DNA from: Psammoneis japonica | Taxonomy: Eukaryota | Direction: 5' to 3' | Assembly: GCA_008632985.1 (NCBI GenBank) | Contig: QPGO01000168.1 | Coordinates: 114,436-134,435, forward strand | Length of the DNA stretch: 20,000 nucleotides | Shown: positions 9,784-20,000 of the stretch, one piece after another | How positions within the stretch are numbered: the first letter of the stretch is position 1 | Layout: the number at the start of each line of letters is the position of its first letter | Notes under the pieces: model-generated | Told to the model about the DNA's origin: nothing | The model's input: only the letters and a program-made list of their open reading frames with translations | Databases searched by the model: none | Made by a program: the position numbers and the translations under genes

Positions 9784-11935
9784 CCTCTTCTGAATCAGCA
9801 CCATTGTTGTTCACAGAACAGTCTGTCTTGCATGGAGTGTTGGTTCCCTTGTCAATGGATTCTAACTCATCCGGAAATTGCCCTCTGTCAGGATCACATT
9901 CCAAGGAGGATTGTCTTCATCTTCCTCACCAAAGCAAGAGATGCGCACCTCATGACCATCCTTCCTTGGCAGCAACAGACAAAAGACAAAGGCCATTCCC
10001 ACCCAGTGATGAGAGTTTAGAAAGGTCAGTGACACGGTGCTGCCTTTGAAATTGGTGTGCAAAAAGGCAGAATTGCAAAGGGAGTGGTGGCTGCTGAACA
10101 TGTTTTCCACAAGTCTGTCAACCTCACTTCTGATGGAGTTGGTCATGCTGTCTACAAACACACCTGTCTCTCTTTTCAGAGTTCCATTTTCAAACAGGTG
10201 CATCATGTTGCTGGCAGTGGAAAGGATGACCCCAAATGGTTTCTCTCTGAAGTCAGCATGAAGCAAGCAGTTGGTTGCAAAATTGTGTTGCCTCATGTGG
10301 TGCAACTGTTCCTCCTGGTGATTCCCTCTCTTTGTCATCAAGACTGTTGTCATTGGCCTTGCCCTGAACAAGCAACAAATCACAAGCACGGACCAGCTTG
10401 CATTCTTTCCAAAGGTCATCCAGCTCATTGCATCCTGTCATGCAAAAACAGGAACACCTTTGGTGGCAGTTCTTTGTGCCAAGGCAGTCACTGCTCTTTG
10501 CGTCCCCGTTGATTGGGATTGTTGTGGGAATCACACAAAGGCAGTGGATTTTGTCTCTGCATTGGACACAACACCGAAAGCTGCCACACTCCATTGTGTC
10601 AAGCAGTGGCTGAAGTGTCATCTTTAAAACCTTGTGACAGCCACACAGACTTTGCCTCTTCTCCAACTTGTGCATTGGGCTGCTGCTCGGCTGCCAATGA
10701 TGACATTTTTTCCAAGCCAGGAATGTGTCCAAGAACTCTCCACTTTGCCTTGTTGCACCACTTTTTGAAGGCAACATGTGCCAATGTCACTGTCACGGGA
10801 TCTCTGCAAGAAGATCCCATGGAAGCTGTTTTTGTTCTGTTTGTCAACACAAACTGCCAAACACTCCAGGAACTGTTTTTGTGGATCCTTGACTCCAGCC
10901 AAGTGCGTGCTCCTGTGCCACTCTCCAGCCAAAACACATTTGTCATTGATTCCCTTGGCAACATGCATGCCAAAAAGACAAGTTGGGTCCACAAGATTGC
11001 TTTTGTCTGCCCATGTGCAAGTGTCCAACATGTGTGATTGCCACACATCTTCAAAGTTTCAATGTGGTGCCATCGCTGTTTTCTCACCAAGTTCCCCTCT
11101 GGCATTTTCCAGGTTGACTGTGCCAGGAAACGACTTGGAAAGTTTGTCCATCAGTTTGCTCTGACAGGGCATTTTTGTTCCCAGCTTGATTGTGCTGCCA
11201 CAGTGCCTTTTGACAAATCCAACAATGTCATTGCACAAGTGCAGCGGCACTCTGCAATCATCTGTCAGCTTGCACAGCTCTGCACAGGCACGTTCAGGAT
11301 GCTCAGCAATGGCAAACCAGCAAAGGCAACCTTGGCAGGGTGTTGGCATGCCTTGCCCAATCTGCTGTCATCCCCAAGAAAAACATGTCCCCTTGAAATG
11401 ATGTCAATTTGTTCCTCTGTGCATCAGCAACAACTCCATGGTTGTGTCTGGCAATGCACCAAAGGAGTTGGCTTCTTACTTGCTGCTTTCCTCCAAAAGC
11501 ATCTACAGTGACATAAAATGATTCTCCTCTTTGTCACAAATGGAGAAGAGGGGGGAAATGTTGTCTTCAAATGCTGGTGACCACAATGCATCACTGTGGT
11601 CTGCTGCCCCAGCAGAAGACCCAGAATGGATTTTGGTGCCAGAGGCTCCTTGTCACAAGTGCCTCAATCCAGGTGCAGAGGAGTCATTTGATGATGATGA
11701 CAAATCAAATTTCCTGGGATCTCCATCATGAACATTTGCATTCCCAGAGGTGCTGCTGCAACCAAAACAAGGAAGAGCCAACCACATCTTGATGTGGCAA
11801 GTTTGCGATTTTGCAAGTGACAGAAAGGCACTGTGGACCATGATCCAAGTGGCTGAGCATGGGTCAGAATGACTGTTTGCAACAAGGACAGGCAAACTCC
11901 TCTTGCTCATCATGTTTGGACTGAAGAGTGTCCAT
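9784..11935 (-). pseudogene. Plavaka-like DNA-transposon transposase pseudogene, truncated at the C-terminus
   Basis: ATG at 11935 is followed by a zinc-finger-like FACPCCKQSF*PMLSHLDHGPQC. Then come VPLHLCNDIV, GEWHRST...FL...VCVDK, DPVTVTL...KWRVLGHIPGL, CHKVLKMTLQPL, INGDAKSSDCL, PFGVILSTASNMMHLFENG and FLHTNFKGSTVSLTFL. Reading H/C as former Y, these resemble Plavaka motifs as I recall them. There are many frameshifts. Confidence 0.7.
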
Positions 11936-12344
11936 TTTGCAGCAAGAACGAATTTTGATTTTGCCCAAAACAAAAGCAGAGTCCAATTCTCATTAAGTTT
12001 GGTGGTGTGTGGGGTGTGTGTGGTGGTGGGAAACAAAGAAACAAGACACAAAAATGGCACACAAACACAGTTCATTAGTTTCTTTGCATTGATGAATGCT
12101 CTTGTAGTTTCCTGCAAAATGCATGCATTTGGATCATTGAACAATTCCGGAACAAACAATTGATGACAAAGTTGATGTCATCAATGGAAAGGAAACAGCA
12201 AGTTTCAAATGGATGTTCAGTGTGAGATCTAATTGGCGCTCACTGTCAATTTGATTCCATGATGAACTGCAATGCACTCAGGAAAAAACCTTTGCTCTTC
12301 CACTTCCGTTGGTGCAGTGGGTTCAACACATCAACAACAACAGC

Positions 12345-13680
12345 CATGGCACAATGAATCAACAAGTGGTCTGAAGTGAACAATGAAGTTGGTTGTCCCC
12401 AAAACAACATGTTGCTGGCATGCTGACTTGACAACTGCTGGGAGAGATTTGCAGAGCTGAGCAGATTGACCAAAGAGAGAAGAGAAAAAATGACAGAGGC
12501 AGACTGTCATGCAGCAGAAGAAAAGCTGCGGCACTGGTTGGGCATGGAGAGGAAGGATCACTCTTGTGACCCGCACCTGCAACATGACTGCCTTGACATG
12601 CTTTGTTTGTTTAGATCTTACACTGTTCTCTTGATGAGTGACCTGGACAAAGAAGAGCCAATTGACAAGGGAATGTGGAAGGAACTGTGGGAAAGCAAAC
12701 ACCGGACTGCTGAGCCAACAATCAAGGGAGTGTGGAAGGAACTGTGAAAAAACAAATGCCGGACTGTGAGCACAGTGTGGGAGGACATGCAGGAATGGAG
12801 CAGCAAAGCATGTGAGCACATGCATGCCACCCAAGGCATCTTCTCCATGGATGAGACAACGATGAGCACATGGGTGTGATCATTGAGCACACCAGGAATG
12901 TGCACAGATCCAAGCAGCATTGAAACTCAACAGCAACACACCCGGACAGGCAAGGAGAACTGCTCTGTGTCAACAGCTGGGTGCACTGCAGTTGCAAGAA
13001 AGAGATGTTGGATGGATTGGCCACTGGATCCAGGGGGGACAACATGCATTCAGCCATGGACAAGCAAGACATTGATGCATTGAGAGAGATGTCAACCATC
13101 AGCTTGCCCACCCCCATGGAATGGACCACAACAGGAGGTGCAGACTGCTGGCATTGGGCAGCAGTTTTGGAGGTGTTTGCTTGCTTGTGATGGACAAGAA
13201 GGGTGTCACATTTGATGCCATGAAGCTGGCAGATTTGTTCAAGTGCAAAATCATGCATGACACACCCTCAAGGTTGTGGCAGTGTGATGAAATTGGAGTT
13301 CTTTGAATTGACCCTGCAGAGGGTCAATGGTTGGATGTTGGTGGAGATCATTGAGAGAATGAACCTGGGTGATGATTGCAAATGTGATTGTGAAGATAAG
13401 AAGGAGAAACAACAGCGCAGATGTGAGCACAAAGAGAAGAAAGAAAAGATCCATTGTGAACTCATCAAGCATTTTGTCAGTTGATCGCATGACTGATTGC
13501 TCTCACAGTGGAAGGTGCAGCAATTTTGTCATTGCTCATTTGGAGGAAGATGCCATGGAAGAATTGGATTGGATGCCAAGTGCGTGGTGCCAACTGGAGC
13601 TTGGAACTGCTGGGAAGGATGTGTGCATGCAGTCAGTTCATGCCGGAAGAAAATGCTTTTACAGGTGTTGAGGTTCACGC
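12345..13680 (+). pseudogene. Degenerate ORF of unknown function, divergent from the transposase
   Basis: Protein-like, charged helical fragments (WERFAELSRLTKERREKMTEAD, DIDALREMSTISLP, ELIKHFVS) are interrupted by stops and frameshifts. Confidence 0.4.
12655..12771 (+). repeat. 57-bp in-frame tandem duplication (EPIDKGMWKELWESKHRTA / EPTIKGVWKEL*KNKCRTV)
   Basis: Units start at 12655 and 12712. Confidence 0.9.
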
Positions 13681-13999
13681 GTGCACTTAGATCAGTTTAA
13701 AAAAAAATGAACATCAGCAACAAATTCAAACATTGAAATTTCAACCACATTTTTAATTGTTGTTTGAACTGAACATTTGATTGCTGAATTTGCAACAAAG
13801 AAAAATGACAATGGTGCATTCAATGAGAAACTTGCACATTTCTGTTTGTGATTGTGTTGGAATGTCAAGGTGGTTAAAATCAAGAAGCACTGAGAGGAGC
13901 ATCACATGTTGAGTGTCAAGAGAGAGGTTTGAAATTTTTGCAATGGCAGTCTTCCTGATGCACTGTTGCACAACATGATTGCAACAACACAGGCAGTTG

Positions 14000-15132
14000 A
14001 AACAAAACATTGCAACCGGCAAAGGCAATGGCAAGGAAGGAGAATGCAAGGAAGGAGAGTTTGATGGCAGATGACACACCAAACAGCCCAAGACCAACAG
14101 CAGTGTTGCAGTGGGTGGGAGCTGCTGGTGGAAAAGGTGGCACGGAGAGAGCTCTTCCCAAACAAAGCAAAATTCTCAGTGAAGGCAGACATGGCAAGTG
14201 GTGTTGTCATGGCCAATGCATGAAAACACAGCTGATGGCAAGTTCAGCAAATGAGAGCTGGCAGGATCATGGGAAGACTGGGCAAAGAAGTGCATCCTCA
14301 GTGCAATCAGCATGAACAAAAGGAACACTGTGACACAGATGACAATGAAGAGTGTGACAAGTGGCAAGTGCTGCAGGTTGCATTTCTAAGACAACATTGG
14401 GTGTGGCGCTGCCAACAAGGCTCTTGTTTTGCTGCAGTGGCGATGGTGGAAGAACAAGCCAAGGAAATGGGTGGGAGGAAGAAACCACCAAAGAGAGCAA
14501 AAAAAGCAAGAGGAGCAACAAGGTCCAAGCAGATGTTGAAAAACTGTTTGTGGTGACTTGGGAGGATGAGACAGTGGAAAACATTGTGCTTGAGAAGTGC
14601 GCAAACAAGGAGGCATGCACCTGGTTCTATGGCAATGTTCTAAAATTCACAAAGAGCACTGCAATGTGGAGAAAGATGGTGCAGTCCGGCAGCACCAAGG
14701 CTGCAGTGCTGGCTGCAGCAAGCAACAAGGCACTGGTGCTGTTGACATTGGAAAACTGCTGGAAGGTTTAGGAGCACAAGGTCACATGAGAAGGAAAGGA
14801 CAAAGGGAGCAAAGAGGAGGAGAAGGAAACAAAACCAGCGCCCTTGCACACAGACCCAATGCAACAATGTGACTCTTGGAAGGATGAAGGAACAAAGCAA
14901 TTCAATGCAAAAAAAGGGAGAGCAAAGACAAAGGAAAAAGGGCAGAACCACCAAAAAACCGGTGGAGAAGGAGACAAAAACACAAGCAACAACAGAGATT
15001 TTCAGCAACAACAAGGATGACGAAGACAAAACAGAAAAACCTGGTGACAGAAAAGATGAGGAGGAAGACAAAGAGAGCAAAGAAGAAGATGATGATGCCA
15101 AACAAAGAGCAACTGCAGCATGGGCCTGTTGA
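14000..15132 (+). pseudogene. Degenerate transposon accessory ORF with acidic C-terminal tail
   Basis: WFYGNVLKF...MWRK...SNKALVLLTLENCWKV is followed by ALCTD...SWKDEGTKQFN. This resembles the S-D-E-A-x-x-L-L-x-L-E-N / Y-T...W-x-x-x-G-x-x-x-F-N pattern I recall from ORFs beside large DNA-transposon transposases in algae and fungi. The end is D/E/K-rich. Confidence 0.5.
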
Positions 15133-15539
15133 AAATTAAAAACGGCTGCACAAAATCAGCGCTCATTGACAATCCATGTGAGCTGGCAAAAGTTGTGATG
15201 CATTGTTCATTGAGGAATGTGTTTAAAAATTCATTGCACAGTTGATGTTGAATGCAAAAATTGCCACGCACAATGTGGAAAAACAAATGCTGTTGATTGT
15301 CAAGTTCCATGCATTGAAAAAAAGCGCGCACATTGACAGTGAAAGAAGGGAGGCTGTTTGACTGTCAATTGTGATTTCCACAGCTAAGATGAGAGCTCCA
15401 CAGCAAACATCAACTGTCTTTCACAGTCAACCAATTGTTGCCAGCTGCGCAACTGATGAGGTTTGAAACTGTAAAAATGACACCCATGACAGGAATGAAA
15501 ATTGCTGTGAGAAAGATGGTGTCAATCACTGTGTTGCAT

Positions 15540-15832
15540 GCTCTGATGATGTGATGCAGACCCAAGCCACTCTCATCTCTGTGAAGACAACAATGCCTCC
15601 CTTGTGATGGCCTCTGCCAGTCAACCCACTTGCGGCACCCAACACATTGACACCCAACACTTTGACATCCAACACTTTGCTCTTCAAGGTTGGGCAGAAC
15701 AAGATCTTGTGTGATTGGACTGAGTGGACACCACAGCCAACTGCAGTGATGAACTCACAAAGAACTGTGCCAGGACACTCTTCTGTTGGCACCTGGACAC
15801 ACTCACTGGCTGTCGCTGACCAGCGCATGTTC
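15540..15832 (+). mobile_element. Second Ty1/copia fragment: RNase H C-terminus
   Basis: The frame reads LCEDNNASLVMASASQPTCGTQHID...IQHFALQGWAEQDLV*LD*VDTTANCSDELTKNCARTLFCWHLDTLTG, matching the copia YEDN...RTRHIDIK.F...N.AD.LTK pattern. Confidence 0.9.
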
Positions 15833-15919
15833 TGCGCAGCAGCAAAGACCACTCACAGCACTGTTTTCCAGTCAAACAGTGCTCCTCCTCTCACCAGGGT
15901 GCTGCTTTTCCTGGTGTGA

Positions 15920-18081
15920 GGGCATTTCAGTGGAGTGGTCATTCCCATGTGCAAACAGTGAATCACTCTCACAAAATGACAGCCACTCTTCCTCCATGAC
16001 CTGCAACTCCTTTGCCAAGACCTTGCTTCAAAACAAGCACTTCTTGTCATTTGGACATGTGCAGAGAGAGCAGTGCCCTGACCCCTGTGGTGTCAAACAA
16101 GTCCATCTCAATGCTGTCTTGTTGAATTTGTGGCAACTGACCGTGGCTGGAAGTCTTGCTGCATTTGTGATGTGTGGACTGCTTCAACACAACAGAAGTG
16201 CATGCCGCCATGCACTTTTGCCAGAACACACAGCAACATGTGTTGTTGTTCATGCACACCACCATGGCCTTTTTTCACTGTTCATTGTTGTTCCCAGAGA
16301 GAAGCACATGCATCAGGGTTGCGCTCCAATTTGATGGCAGCTGCCAAGAGTGCATGCCAGATGCAGACCATTTTGGGTTTTTTGTGGATGATGCAGCGTG
16401 TCTCTGAGATGTTCCTTGCACCATGATTGAGGTTGGTCTGCACAATTTGTTGCAAACGACAACTGAATCCAAGCAACATCAAGACAAAACTTTGTCTCAT
16501 CATGGACACCCAACCATGGCAACAAGAAATTGCCACAGTCACTGGTGACATGGCTGTGTCTTTGTCACAATGTGAAGCAACCAACAACATTTGTGTGGTG
16601 TCCTTGGCATGTCCAGTCCAGCATGCAGTGGTGGCATTCCTTGGGAGACCAAGTCATGTCAACCACAAGCCACTGCACTCATCCATCTGTGTCTCCCCCC
16701 TGCCCCGACCGGACCAGAGACTGATGGGTGAGACAAAGTTGGGGTTTGGGGTTGACCACTTTCAAAATGACCAAATTGGCAAGTGGTCTTTGCACACAAA
16801 ATGGCACCCAATGACTTTTGAAGGCTTTGGGACTTGTCACAAATCACTTGGCAAAGATTGCCTTGGTCGTTGTTGGGTTGGGATGCCATTGACTCTTGGC
16901 CAATTGACTGGCCATTTCCACATTTTGAGGTCATCAATCTCAAACAACAGAGCAACAGTTGTTTTTGTCTTTCAATTGTTCACCTCCATCTGTGTGCATG
17001 ATGTGGCACTTCCATTCTGTTGAGATGATGGATTTTCAAATTTTTGTGCTTTTTTGCACATGCTTGCTTTCAAACTGGCTGGAAATCATGCACGATGCAG
17101 TGGACAACTCTGACCCCTTTGTCTCAGCATCTGACAAGGACAGTCAAGCAGCGCAATCTTGGATTGTTGCCACACATTGTCAAAAATCAATGTCCAAACA
17201 TTGTGACCTTCAACTGCAATGCCTTGCACAGTCATTTGCAGCAGAAGCCTGAGAGCCATCTTGGAGCCCTCTTGTGTGCCTGAAGCAGCCAAGGAACTCA
17301 TTCAATGCCAATGACATGCCCTTCATTTTCATTCCATCAAGTTTCTTCCTAAAACAAAGCAGTTGTTGTCACTCCAGACAGAACCACACCACAGACCCAG
17401 GTGTCTCTGCAGTCAAAGTTGCTTGTTGACAACTGGGTTCTCAGTTGCTCTCCCTTGCAGCTTGTGCACAGTTGTTGTGTTGTTGCACAAAACTGGGAAC
17501 TGAGTTGTTTGTGTTCTCTGATTGATTTTTGGAGTTCTCTTGTCAATGAAACCCACAACAGGGACAAGAAAGTTGATGGTGCATGTCTCTCTTCTTGGAG
17601 CCACATGAAACAGACCCCCCTGCCTTTTCCTCACAATTCCTTAAGACAATGGACTCAACTTGTGAGACACAGGCTGACCTTGCTCAACAACTGTCAATCA
17701 TCATCAACTCCAAATCATCCAGAGAAACACCTTCCTTTTGGCTCAACTCCCTCAAAAAAGCCAACAGTGCCATTGGTCTCTTTCATCTCCACATCTGCTT
17801 GTTGAGATTCACCATCAGAGGGCCCATTTCTGCTGAGGGCACATGTGCCATGAGTTGCTTTGCCATTGATTGCAACAGCTGCTTGACCGGCAATTGCAGT
17901 GACCACCACAGTGCGCTTTGTGAAAGGCACCCCAAGCTCCTTGCAGAATTTTTTGCATGCTGTGACACTGTCAATCACAGTGCTTTTGCCTGAACCTCTG
18001 GTGCTGGCAAGAAAACAAAGCAGCTGACCTCCACCCTGAGACCCAATTGGTTTGTTCTAAATCCCTTTTCACACTGCTCAA
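15920..18081 (+). mobile_element. Highly degenerate non-LTR retrotransposon remnant (RT followed by an RNase H-like segment)
   Basis: Ordered fragments are TK*QPLFLHD, NSFAKTL...REQ...HLNAVLL, DCFNT, GFFVDDA (Y/FxDD) and NIKTKL, then FVSASD..SWIVAT...QSFAAEA (RNase H-like SDGS...SxRAE). Confidence 0.5.
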
Positions 18082-18576
18082 NNNNNNNNNNNNNNNNNNN
18101 NNNNNNNNNNNNNNNNNNNNNNNNNNNNNNNNNNNNNNNNNNNNNNNNNNNNNNNNNNNNNNNNNNNNNNNNNNNNNNNNNNNNNNNNNNNNNNNNNNNN
18201 NNNNNNNNNNNNNNNNNNNNNNNNNNNNNNNNNNNNNNNNNNNNNNNNNNNNNNNNNNNNNNNNNNNNNNNNNNNNNNNNNNNNNNNNNNNNNNNNNNNN
18301 NNNNNNNNNNNNNNNNNNNNNNNNNNNNNNNNNNNNNNNNNNNNNNNNNNNNNNNNNNNNNNNNNNNNNNNNNNNNNNNNNNNNNNNNNNNNNNNNNNNN
18401 NNNNNNNNNNNNNNNNNNNNNNNNNNNNNNNNNNNNNNNNNNNNNNNNNNNNNNNNNNNNNNNNNNNNNNNNNNNNNNNNNNNNNNNNNNNNNNNNNNNN
18501 NNNNNNNNNNNNNNNNNNNNNNNNNNNNNNNNNNNNNNNNNNNNNNNNNNNNNNNNNNNNNNNNNNNNNNNNNNNN
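18082..18576. other. Assembly gap (N run)
   Basis: Ns. Confidence 1.
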
Positions 18577-18849
18577 CCCTGCCTGACTCTTGTTGGGTCC
18601 TTCTTTGTCATCTGTTTGAAGGGGCTCTGCATCTTGCTCCAACAGATCATGTGGCCCACCTGCATTCAAGCTGTTCCAACAGTCACGCAGATCATGCAGA
18701 AGTTGCTGATGCCAATCATTGATCTTCCCAGACTGAGCATGGTGTTTAAAAGCTGCAACATGGCTCCCATTCTCTTGGAGGTCATCTGCAGATTGGAGCT
18801 GTGCAAACAACAGCAACACTCTCTGTGTGCACTGTTCCATGGCTTGATG

Positions 18850-19350
18850 NNNNNNNNNNNNNNNNNNNNNNNNNNNNNNNNNNNNNNNNNNNNNNNNNNN
18901 NNNNNNNNNNNNNNNNNNNNNNNNNNNNNNNNNNNNNNNNNNNNNNNNNNNNNNNNNNNNNNNNNNNNNNNNNNNNNNNNNNNNNNNNNNNNNNNNNNNN
19001 NNNNNNNNNNNNNNNNNNNNNNNNNNNNNNNNNNNNNNNNNNNNNNNNNNNNNNNNNNNNNNNNNNNNNNNNNNNNNNNNNNNNNNNNNNNNNNNNNNNN
19101 NNNNNNNNNNNNNNNNNNNNNNNNNNNNNNNNNNNNNNNNNNNNNNNNNNNNNNNNNNNNNNNNNNNNNNNNNNNNNNNNNNNNNNNNNNNNNNNNNNNN
19201 NNNNNNNNNNNNNNNNNNNNNNNNNNNNNNNNNNNNNNNNNNNNNNNNNNNNNNNNNNNNNNNNNNNNNNNNNNNNNNNNNNNNNNNNNNNNNNNNNNNN
19301 NNNNNNNNNNNNNNNNNNNNNNNNNNNNNNNNNNNNNNNNNNNNNNNNNN
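18850..19350. other. Assembly gap (N run)
   Basis: Ns. Confidence 1.
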
Positions 19351-20000
19351 GTGAAGTGGGGAGAGGGGGTGAAAAGTGCAAAACCATGTTGTTCTGCAAA
19401 ACACGTGCTTTGTGCAAAAACACCCCATTTGGCTCACTGCCCTGTGTCTTGTGCAGAATCCCATGCAGCAGGCATTTGTCATGCACTCAACGGTCATGTT
19501 TGATGAAGGATCAAAACCAGAAAGAACCCAGAAGTGAACATTCACTGTCAGCGCAAATGATTTGAATGTGCAAACATCAGAAACAAATTGCTTGACTGGA
19601 CTGTCGAAAGCACCATGATGACCCAGCCACTGCTTGTCACCAGGACATTTTACAAAACAGGGGTGTTTCACACATTTCATCAATCTGGGGTGAAAGTGGT
19701 GTCAGGGGCACTGCCCAATGTGTGAAATTAATTCAGCATGCCCCTGTCAAATGTTTTGCTGTGCATGTTGCATCTCATGATTGACCATCATGCCCAGAGA
19801 GCTTGTGCCGCTTTTGTGTTGCAGGTTTCTTAAATCTTGATCCGTGCATGGCTCTGGATGTCCAGGATTGGGACAGCTGGGCTGGCATGTGATTGGCATG
19901 TCGTCAAAACAATGAAAACCTGTTGTCAAAACTGCATCATCGCAGACCTTCATTGTGCAGCTGCCGCATCTCAAGATTCAGGATCACAGAGCTGCTTCAA

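Noticed and set aside
1..20000. Very dense overlapping Cys/His-rich ORFs in all six frames
   Set aside because: They are artefacts of TpA loss: TAA/TAG stops and Tyr codons are gone and TG/CA codons are inflated. They are not metal-binding proteins or an alternative genetic code, since the intact gene uses Tyr normally.
1..20000. Classical fungal RIP or a bisulfite-type artefact as the cause of the composition bias
   Set aside because: RIP raises TpA and lowers CpA/TpG, which is the opposite of what is seen. A chemical artefact would not spare the 5851-7795 island.
18577..20000. Protein-like minus-strand fragments between and after the gaps
   Set aside because: They are TA-depleted and probably transposon-derived, but no motif was recognised, so no call is made.

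Overview
This is eukaryotic, transposon-dense DNA, most likely a diatom or related stramenopile (inferred from the transposon and gene types). It has three N-gaps. One intact host gene, an O-fucosyltransferase-family glycosyltransferase at 6459-7499 (+), sits in a ~2 kb island of normal base composition (~5851-7795). Around it are decayed mobile elements: a 1.36 kb TIR element, two Ty1/copia fragments, a Plavaka-type transposase with accessory ORFs, and a non-LTR RT/RNase H remnant. The most striking signal is that TpA is almost absent outside the island, CpG is largely lost, and both are replaced by TpG/CpA. Repeat pairs inside the window show the TA->TG and TA->CA substitutions directly. This suggests a repeat-targeted TpA hypermutation process running opposite to fungal RIP. 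Most ORFs in the supplied track are by-products of losing TAA/TAG stop codons.
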